From: Candidatus Woesearchaeota archaeon
GTDB lineage: Archaea > Nanobdellota > Nanobdellia > Pacearchaeales > GW2011-AR1
Assembly: GCA_964623495.1 (NCBI GenBank)
Contig: CAZUTV010000001.1
Location: 116,454-180,453 of the forward strand
Direction: 5' to 3'
Length of the DNA: 64,000 nucleotides
Positions 47,436 to 56,900 of the stretch are shown one piece after another. The notes beneath the pieces were generated by a model. It saw only the letters and a list, made by a program, of their open reading frames with translations, did not search any database and was not told the DNA's origin. The position numbers and the translations under genes are program-made. Position 1 is the first letter of the stretch. Every line of letters starts with the position of its first letter.

Positions 47436-49364
47436 TTACATTCTCTCTTCACGCTTTTTTTTTCGTCTCTTCCACAATATCCACAAGATAAACAATATGA
47501 GAATAACTATCAATGCAATGATTATTATGTAACTTGCCCTTAGATATTTCTTCTCAACAACATTAAAGGTATCATAAGTAGTCACTGTAATATTTCCGTA
47601 TTTGGCTTCTCCAAGAACAATATAAGTTCCCTGAAGAGTATCTAACGGGACATGCATTCTTCTTTCAATTGACAAGTTTGTTTTTACAGCAAGGATTTCT
47701 TTCGAGGACTCGGAAATAACCAACTTATCAAAATCGGTAATTGTCAAATAAAGCTCAACATCCACAGGGGTTCCATACAGGCCAACATTTAACAGATCCA
47801 CTAAAACCCTAATGTCTGTACCGGGATTAACGGCCTTATACTCCTGAGGGACATTAACCTTAATATCAAAAAGAGCCTCTTTCTGCTTAATTTCAAGAAC
47901 AACGTTAACTGTCTTCTTGTTTTCTCCTTCGCCAAAGATAATTTTCCCGTAATAAACTCCAGGTTTAGCACTGCTTAAAGCATACAAATAAGCCCTAATG
48001 GTTTTTGTCTCTCCTTTCTTAACAACAAAATTTTTATCACTTAAGATTGCTTTATCAGTAAGATTTTGAGTTTCTGCAATGATATTAATGTCTCTAAATC
48101 CCACATTTTTTATTTTTATGTCAAAGCTTTTTCCTTCTTCCTTAAAAATTGTTGTTGTAATAAATAATGGGTCTATCTCAAATTCAGCATAAACTGCTCC
48201 GCCTCCGCCTCCTCCGCCGCCACCGCCTCCGCTAGGAGGAGTGGTCCCGCAGGAAACCTCGGAAACACTTATACTCCACTGCAAAGAATCATTTAGCAAT
48301 CCATCAGTAATCTCTACACTTATATTATGACTGCCCCCAACTCCGCATCCAAAGCTGTAGAAAAATTCGTCCGTTGAATTTCCGGAATCATACTCCTGAA
48401 ACAAACCATCAACATACCAATAAGCATCCGGAATAGTGCCGTCTGCATCATACTTTGTAATGTTAAAATAAAGATTATCTGTCCCTTGTGCACTAAATGA
48501 AAGATTGCTGGGATAATAAGAGGTGATATTTGGTGCCCTATTCTCATCCGTAACTGTCAAAGAAAAACTATCACAATCGCGCAAAGAGCCTCCGGTTTGA
48601 TTGCAATACCGAGTGATATTGGCATTAGGATAAGTTATCCCAGTATCATTAACGCACAATGTAACATTATAAACCCCTAAAGGAGTCTGATTGTTTGCTG
48701 TAAAATCAATAACCCCGCCGGGGCTTGTAATATTAAACAAACTAACTTGGCTTCCCGAAGAGTTTGTTATTGTAACGTTAAAAGCCAAGGTTCCGTAGCT
48801 TGGGAGTGAATTATACTCTGTGTCTGCAACATCAACTACCTCATAAAAAGTAGAATTATCCCCCTTATTCCAAACAGTCTGAACCCCTATATTTTCAATA
48901 TCCGGAGGATTATTTACCTCTATAACAGTTATATTTGTCTTGGTCGTATTTGAGCAGCACGTTGAATTAGTATCGTCAGTTATTATTACAGTTTCTTGGT
49001 AAAGTTTAGAGCTTACATTAACTCCCCCTGCATTTGTCTTGCTTAGATTTCCAGAAACAATTGCAAAGATCGTGTAGGGAGCCTGCTGATTAATCCAAAA
49101 GACAAAAAATGGATTTCTCGGGGAAATATCCCCAGACAAAACTCCATTGTCTGGATCTGTTGCATTAAATTCATAGTAGAGAATTTGATTTTCACAGACA
49201 AAGATAGACGTATTAACTCCGTTTATAATAGGAAAATAATAAGGCGCAATAACATTAACCTGAGAGGTAGTGTTTACAATACTTAATCCTAAAAATTTCA
49301 GGTTCCAGAATATAATTCCAAGAACAACAATAATCGCAAGTATTAACCACCTTTTTTTATTCAT
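47436..49364 (-). CDS. cell-surface Ig-like repeat protein with C-terminal TM anchor
   Basis: Signal peptide, NxAP-type repeats, poly-Gly linker, TM plus basic tail. Confidence 0.8.
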   Translation of the reverse strand: MNKKRWLILAIIVVLGIIFWNLKFLGLSIVNTTSQVNVIAPYYFPIINGVNTSIFVCENQILYYEFNATDPDNGVLSGDISPRNPFFVFWINQQAPYTIFAIVSGNLSKTNAGGVNVSSKLYQETVIITDDTNSTCCSNTTKTNITVIEVNNPPDIENIGVQTVWNKGDNSTFYEVVDVADTEYNSLPSYGTLAFNVTITNSSGSQVSLFNITSPGGVIDFTANNQTPLGVYNVTLCVNDTGITYPNANITRYCNQTGGSLRDCDSFSLTVTDENRAPNITSYYPSNLSFSAQGTDNLYFNITKYDADGTIPDAYWYVDGLFQEYDSGNSTDEFFYSFGCGVGGSHNISVEITDGLLNDSLQWSISVSEVSCGTTPPSGGGGGGGGGGGAVYAEFEIDPLFITTTIFKEEGKSFDIKIKNVGFRDINIIAETQNLTDKAILSDKNFVVKKGETKTIRAYLYALSSAKPGVYYGKIIFGEGENKKTVNVVLEIKQKEALFDIKVNVPQEYKAVNPGTDIRVLVDLLNVGLYGTPVDVELYLTITDFDKLVISESSKEILAVKTNLSIERRMHVPLDTLQGTYIVLGEAKYGNITVTTYDTFNVVEKKYLRASYIIIIALIVILILFILWILWKRRKKKREERM

Positions 49365-49464
49365 TAGACATTTTAACCCCCGTAATAAACGGCTTTGACA
49401 GAAAATTTTAATTTTCTAGTCTATAGAATTAAATTAAAAGGTATTTTTATTGTTTTCTAAAGAA

Positions 49465-50109
49465 TTATTTTTTCTTTAATTCGGCTTTTAATTTAGCCAT
49501 TTTTTCCTTTATTCTTTGGTCCTTTGGCTTCCTGTATCTTCTGAATAAGACTAGTCCTATAATTCCGACAGAAAGCACAGCAACAGTGATATAAACAACA
49601 CTATAATCCCAGCCATAAGGATTGCAAGCAACTCTTACAGTCATTTCATGAGAAATCGATGCTTTTGCTGCAGAACCGCCAGCGCCAGTCAAACTGTTTT
49701 CTAACGGCACAGATTCAATAATAACCTCGCCATCATATTCTTTTATTGGCTCAGTGCACTCTAATTTATCTATAGCCTTCCCAATTAAAGGGATAGAGGC
49801 ATACTGCCGGGTATAGACTTTAGGAACCTTAAAGTAAAAATTCAAAGGAATAGCATCCTGGCTGTAAGTGTATGGAGGAAGATATTTTATATCTGCATCT
49901 TTCATCACCAAAACTTCCTGTAATTCTTCTGAAACACTGACTTGAACATTTCCCTCTGTTGAATAGGGATTATAAGCCCCCACACTTAAAGACCCTTCCT
50001 CACCCTCGTTAAGCATCAAGGATTGCTGTTTAACAAAGATCCCAATGCCTGCAGAAGCAAAAGAGCAGAGTAATAAAACCCCGACAAATAAAGCAAATAT
50101 TTTCATCAT
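49465..50109 (-). CDS. secreted beta-rich protein with C-terminal TM anchor
   Basis: ATG 50109, signal peptide ending ASA-GIGI, TM plus basic tail. Confidence 0.75.
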   Translation of the reverse strand: MMKIFALFVGVLLLCSFASAGIGIFVKQQSLMLNEGEEGSLSVGAYNPYSTEGNVQVSVSEELQEVLVMKDADIKYLPPYTYSQDAIPLNFYFKVPKVYTRQYASIPLIGKAIDKLECTEPIKEYDGEVIIESVPLENSLTGAGGSAAKASISHEMTVRVACNPYGWDYSVVYITVAVLSVGIIGLVLFRRYRKPKDQRIKEKMAKLKAELKKK

Positions 50110-50110
50110 C

Positions 50111-50722
50111 TTAAGTACACGAACCCCCTGTTGCAACCCCTTTAAATGTAATAGTATTATTAAAAGTACCTGAAGCTGTTCCTGCAGGAACATCAAGCCA
50201 GAACCTATAATAATGGTTGCTTCCAATACTTACATTTGGCCCTGCCTTGGTGGCTGTTGTTGTCATCGCAACCTCTTGCCCTAAACTAGGATGTGTGACA
50301 TTTGTTGCAGTATGATTATAATAAGTCTCGTTTCCGACAAGGATTTGGTCTCCTCCAGAGGTTTTTAAATTATCATTTGCACTAACACAGAGATCAACAT
50401 TTGTATTGCTGTCTGTTGAAACATTGACCCACATAGAAGTGGACTGGTTTGCTGTCGCACCGCCAACAGTTGTATTAAGTCCGTCATAATTATGCGTGGC
50501 ATTTTGGTTTGTTGCAGGGAGAGAGCTTATATTTCCAAACCTTATTCCATCAGAAAGATTCGTTGAGAGATCGATTGCAAAATAAACATTTATTGTAACA
50601 TTAGACGCAGTAGTCTGCTGTGTTGCATATCCTGTAGTTTTAGCTCCTTGATTAAATAACAGAATAACAGATAGCAAAAACAAAAATCCAAAAACCAACA
50701 CTATCCAATTTTCACCCTTCAT
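50111..50722 (-). CDS. secreted putative fimbrial/WxL-like subunit
   Basis: Signal peptide; C-terminal FWLDVPAGTASGTFNNTITF; homologous to the end of the upstream giant protein. Confidence 0.7.
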   Translation of the reverse strand: MKGENWIVLVFGFLFLLSVILLFNQGAKTTGYATQQTTASNVTINVYFAIDLSTNLSDGIRFGNISSLPATNQNATHNYDGLNTTVGGATANQSTSMWVNVSTDSNTNVDLCVSANDNLKTSGGDQILVGNETYYNHTATNVTHPSLGQEVAMTTTATKAGPNVSIGSNHYYRFWLDVPAGTASGTFNNTITFKGVATGGSCT

Positions 50723-50831
50723 AATATCAACCTCTTACACAAGAAAGTAGTTTCAAGCATTTATAAATATTATTCTCTTTTAGCTTCTTCTTTATATCGC
50801 CATATAAAATATAGTTAACTACAGATTGTCA

Positions 50832-50933
50832 TAACATCCTTCGGAGGCAAATAGAGGATGTTGCTCGAGGGATTGAGAGTTTGCATCAATAATCCAAAAA
50901 GATGCAGGCTCGAATAAAAACCGTAGGTTTTTA
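50832..50933 (+). repeat. structured non-coding element, copy 2 (longest)
   Basis: AACATCCT/AGGATGTT stem, TCGGAGGCA loop, TCGA-GGGA-TTGA, extra 11-bp stem, AAAAACC-GTA-GGTTTTT. Confidence 0.75.
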
Positions 50934-53900
50934 TGGAGATTCGCCGTTCTGCACAGCCCTAAAGGATAAGCTGTTGTTATAATTCCCGGCCGCCTGCCTT
51001 GCAGGAGCATTTAAGAAAAACTTAAGATAGATTGTAGCATTCCCTATATTACTTGCTATTAAATGGTTTGAAAAATCTGTTGTAAGAGGTATTTTAATTG
51101 AATCAGGCACACTGCTGTTCGAGGTTGAATTGGAATATGTTTCATTTCCAATGCCCAACACATCTCCTCCAGCAGTTCTCAAGTCGCTTTCTGCCTTCAT
51201 GTACAAATCGCTTGTGCCCCCATAAGAGGTTATATTTACCCAGTATTCAGTTATTCCTGTACCATTATTTCCGTCTGCAGATTGATTATATGCAGGAAGA
51301 GAGCTCAAGCTCCAATTAATCATCTGGCCAAGCCTTGAAGACAAATCCATAGCCACAGAATATGCATTAGCAATTACTGTTGAATTTTGCTTTGTTGCCC
51401 CATCTAGCTTAGCATCATTTGGAGTTACCTGGCAAGTTAAGTTTTGATCTATAGCAAACTCGCCATTAACAATAGTTGAAGCATTAGAAAATCCGTTCTT
51501 GGTATCCTGATAAATCTGATAGACCTGCTGGCTTGTAAGAGTTCTATTGTAAATCTGCAAGTTATCTAAAGTCATGTTAGTATAACAATTTGAGAGACAA
51601 AGATCATTAGGGTTCATTCCAAGAATAATAGGATTATTGTACTTCCTTAAAACAGTGCTCGTATCAGTACTGTTGTCGAGAGTTCCATTTAAGTAAACAC
51701 TAACTTTAGTCCCATTATAGGTAAAAGAGATAAAGGTGAAAGAATCATTAGCTATTGTAGTGTTAGATAAAAGAAGTTGTGATGAAGTTCCTGTTTCATT
51801 GAATATAACAACACGAATTCTAGAACCACTTAACCCAATAGTATACTCTGCCCTGGTTGAAATGTCGTTGCTTTTATAGACAAAGTAATTGCTTCCAGCA
51901 TTGGGTGTTTTAGGATTTGCCCAAAATGCAACAGTTAATCCGTTATGTGTTGAATTAAGGGATGAAGAACTTGCAATATTTACAGAATCATCAACACCAT
52001 CAAAATCCAAAGCTCCCCCAACCTTCCCGCTAGATTTCCAGGTTGTGCCTGTAAGAGAGCCGTTGTTTGCATTCCCAGAATAATCTCTAACACCGACACT
52101 TCCACTAACATTAACATCAAAAGGCATATTCAAAAGCAGCATTGAATTACTATTAACAAGCCAGTTGTAAACATTAGTAACTGTATCTGATTCATTATCG
52201 CTAGTGCTTTGATTGTAACAGCTAAGATTCTGACTTGAAACTCCGGGAAAAGGGCTTAAAGAAGGAGTGTTGTGCATCGGCTCTGTGTTTGTGTCATTAA
52301 CTGTCATTGACCAAATCTGGTCATCTTCTAAATTGCCGGCAGAGATATTTACTTTTATAGAATAAGTCCCTGCCTGCGTGTAGTTTCCGACCCAGATGAA
52401 AGTAGATTGATTGTCATAAGGGGTTTGTCTGCTACTATCAACAAACCACTTTATATTTACAGGAGTAACATTGGAATAAGTTATACTAAATGTCTGATTG
52501 CTGGGTTCAGCTATTGAAAAAGTGTCTGTTGTAGGAACATAAGCCAAAATAACAGGAGTGTATAAAATTAGGTGAACCATTTTGCTAGCGTTCATTGTCA
52601 CACCAGTAAAGTTAGAGCCATAACCTGATTTTGCAGCGCTAAAATTGTGCGGGGTGGAGCAATTTATAGTTGAGCTAGAGCCAGTACATCCTGTAACATA
52701 GGTTGCATCGCCCGTTTGGTTGTACTCCATAATCCACTGTGTTGTTGTCAAGCCATTTGCATCTGTTTGGTTATTATTAATCAAGAGAGCTCCATAAGTG
52801 TCTGTAAGATTAAAATTAACAGAAGAAACAGCAGTATAAACCTGGTCTGTAGTATTTCCTGTAAACTGATAATAAACCTCCACAAAACCAGTGCTAAGAA
52901 AATCAATCTTGGATTTATTAAAACTAACATTATAAAGTTCAATATTGGTCACGGCTCCTGCACCAAGAGTAATATCAGTACTGGAGCAATTAGTGATGCT
53001 TGAATTAAAAATAGAGACGTTATCCACAACTGAAAGAAGATAAAAGGCTGTTTGGCAATTTGTGATATTTAAACCAGACAAGTTTATTGAACTTGAGGAA
53101 ACCTGAACTGAATTAACATTTGTGCCAACCAATCCAGTAATAGTATCATTATTTGTAAGAATATTACTGACTGAATCAATGTTAATTCCGGAATAATTTG
53201 AAGAAACTGGCGGATCTCTTAAGATATTATGTTCTATAACAGAATTGTTCGAACCGATAAGAATATAACTACTAGAAAAGTTTGAGAGAGTATTATAAGT
53301 TATATTTATTCCATTAGGAATATCCCCGGAAATATCCATTCCCTTAACACCATGATGCAGCTGATTGTGGTCAAATATAATCCTATCATCCATATTAAAT
53401 GCCCCTGTAAACGTTGCATTGTCTGTACTATAATTCAGCTGATTATTGTAAACAGTAATATTTCCTCCAGCAACTATAGCAATCAAGCTTTGAGCATAAG
53501 AGAGTCTGGAGTTATTCACAAAAGAGTTTGTTGTATTTTCAAATCTAATTGCATACCCTCCAGCTAAATTAGAGATGTTTGAATTTAAAATATCTACGCT
53601 ATCAGAATATGTTCCAAGAGGAAGAATAATCCCATTCCCTAGTTGAACAAACCCACCTTGACAACCGCCTGCAGCAGAAGTATCGCCATAATAATTTCCA
53701 ACAATATCATTTAAAATTGAACTATTCACTAAGACATTATTTGAATTATTGATATAGATTGCAGAAAGATTCCCAGAATAGCATGTAGAAGTGTCTGTAG
53801 AATTAGACCAAAGTTTAGTTATATTATTTAAGTTTAATGTCGTGTTGTGAGAATTATCCAAAGCAATTCCATAAACAGTAACATAAGTTGTATTTATCCA

Positions 53901-56900
53901 GCTATTATTGTAAAGTGTATTGTTTTGGATAAAAGAATTGTTCGTGCCATCAAAATGTATTACTTTAGCATACTGCTCCATTCTGCAATTCTTAATAGTC
54001 ACATTATTTCTCGCTGCAACATTTACTCCCCATATGCCATAACTGTTATTCCCAAAAATCCTATAAGAGTTGCAGTCAAAAACAACATTATCTGCAGAGA
54101 TATTGTAATGCTCGCACTGGCTACCTGTAAGCGTAGTGCTTGAAGACACCTGTGTTATAGAACACATATCTGCAGAAAATGTCCAGTTAGAGCTTGCAAA
54201 AGAAGATTTAGAAGAATTATCATAAGCCAAGCAGTTCCACAAATAGCTTCCATCACTAAGCCCTGACAAAGAGAAATTAGCATAATAATTCCTAGTGAGA
54301 TTATAGATATTGAAAATTTCTGTTGAATTCAATGTTCTGTTAAAAAAGGCAACATCATCAATTGTCCCATTAAAGTCCCTGTTTGGATTTGGTGAAGCAG
54401 CAGCATCTCTATCTCTGCCTATTAAAACATATTGCCCAGAAAAGCCAAAAATAGAATCTGAAAAAGAAGAGTCTGTTGCCTTAGAAGAACCATCAATGTA
54501 CAAAACAACATCATTGCTTGCCCAGGTTAAAGCCACATGATGCCACGAATTAACATAACTGCTGTAATTGGTTTGGGCGCTGCCTGTTGCACTTAAAAAC
54601 TCCAAATCCTGGTCATTATTCAGATAAACTAAAAACTCTCCGCTTGAAAATGCGCCGCCATTGTAGTTTCCCAGAATAGCATAATCTGTGGTTGTGTCCA
54701 CTCTATTCTTAAAGTTAACCCATGTGCTGATTGTTCCTGTTGCTGTTGCTGTAAAGATGTTAGAAGTATTAACATAATCGTCTGTGCTTATGCCAATTCC
54801 ATTCCCAGCATAAGCCTCAATAAATTCATCTCCGTCAAACCCTACAGGAGTTCCATTATTTCCGCTTCCAGAAAAATCATAAACAATACTTAAATTCTCC
54901 CCATAACCGGCATCATTATTAAAATGATAAAGTAAAGTATTTCCGGTCATATTAATATTGTTGTAGCTGTCATAAATCCCGCTGTTAGGAAGCTCTGAAT
55001 ATTTTGTCTGATTCAAGTGCCAGGTTCCTGTTGTGTTTATGTATAAGCTAATGTTCTTTATCAAAATATCATCTGTAACATTGCACTGCAAGCTTAAAGA
55101 GTTTATAGCGATATAGCTGGATCCCGAGACAGGAGAAACCAAATTAACATTTGGCGCAGAGTCGGTATAAACACTAGAATTAATGCTTGTTGCTCCGTCA
55201 AGAATAGCATCATTAGGTGTTACCTGACAGGTTATGTTCTGAGGATTAATCATTTCTTGATATACAAGAGTTGCATTGTTTGTAAGCCCGTTTCTAGTGT
55301 CTTGAAATAACTGATAAACCTGCTGGCTTGTAAGAGTTCTATTGTAAACCCTAAAGTCATCAATTGTTCCGTTAAAAGGAGAAAAAGCACCAGATGAATC
55401 CCTGCCAAGACCTATTGTTAAATTGTAATCAGCCAAGTTGCTTGGAGCCCCCAAACTTTGATTCTCTCTTGAACCATTTATGTAAAGCGTGCAATTTCTA
55501 TTATCGCAGGCAAGAGAATACATATACCAGTTACCTGGATCAGGATAAGTCGCCATAAGAAGGTAAGAGTTATTAATTCTTGTCGGTAAAATCAGTCCAT
55601 CAAATGCATTCCAATTAAGACTAACTCCAAGAGAGTAATTTCCTTTAGAGAAAAAGCCAGCATCAATAAACGGGGCTTGAGGGAATCTTCCCATATTAAA
55701 CCAAAAGTTGATTGTGAAGTTATTTCCAAGCACAAGACTGGTATTAGGCACAACTAAAAAGTCATTTGTTGATTCGTTAAAATGATAACCTCCACCAATT
55801 TTTCCGCTAGTCCATAAAGGAGTTCCGTTAATTGTTGCATTAAAGCCATTTCCAGAATAATCCTTAGCTGCGCTTGAAGAATTTGTATCAAACGGCAGGT
55901 ATAAGGCAGTTATAGAAGTTCCATCAATAAGCCAATTATAAATATTTGTAACACTATCTCCATCAGCATCAACGGTTGATTGATTTGCACAAGTGAGGTT
56001 CTGCCACAAATAAATAGGATAAGGAGATAATGAAGGGGTGTTATGTGTTGGGGCATTATCTGTAGTAAGATAAGAAAAAGTATCTGTTGAGTTCCATTGA
56101 TTAACAGAATCATTAGCAAAAACCTTCCACTGAATTAAAATATTGTATGTTGAATTAATTGTTTTTGTAACATTACTCCAGTTTGCAACTCCGTTCATTG
56201 AAACCCAAGAATCATTAATTAGTGTTCCATTTCCATTATCAAAACTGAAGATATACCCGCTAAGTGCAGTGTCATCACTCCAGGCAACACTATGCTGAAC
56301 AGAAGCTCCTCTAACTGTTGAGTTTGTTGAATTTAAAGACCATTGTGGAGCATTATCTGTAGCATTATAATTCACATCTAACTTGATCAAATCGGTCCAA
56401 AGTGTGTTATGGAAAGGATTTTCTTGATGCAATGTGAAATATCCCTCAACTCCAAGAGATGTTTTTCTCTGGAATAAAGGCAGCTCCCCAGGAATATTTT
56501 CAAAATACAAATCCAGAGTATCATTATGATTAGTAAGCAGATAATTGTTATCTGAAAATCTAATCTCTCCAAGCTCAATTTTTTCTCCATTTAATTCAAC
56601 AATAGAAGGATAAATTTTTCTAGTTATATTCAGTGAAGAAAAATTGTCATTTACAAGCAAAAATATCTCATCTAAATGACTTGTTTCATTTAATACCTCT
56701 CTTAATTGCAATTTGGCTTTTCCATCTTTAATCTCTAAATTAGGCACTTCACTTAAAATTAGTCTTTCTTTTTCTGAAGAATTAAGTTTAGGGATCCCTA
56801 CACTATCTAAAAGATATTCGCTGCCGTTCCAAGAATAAATAGTGGGGCATTCAACAAAACTATCCAGTTCCTGAACTAACATTAAAGTATGGCCAGAGCT

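Noticed and set aside
51523..55348. 31-bp identical repeat inside the giant gene as a DGR template/variable pair
   Set aside because: It lies in duplicated LamG modules, shows no adenine-specific mismatch pattern, and no reverse transcriptase is in the window.
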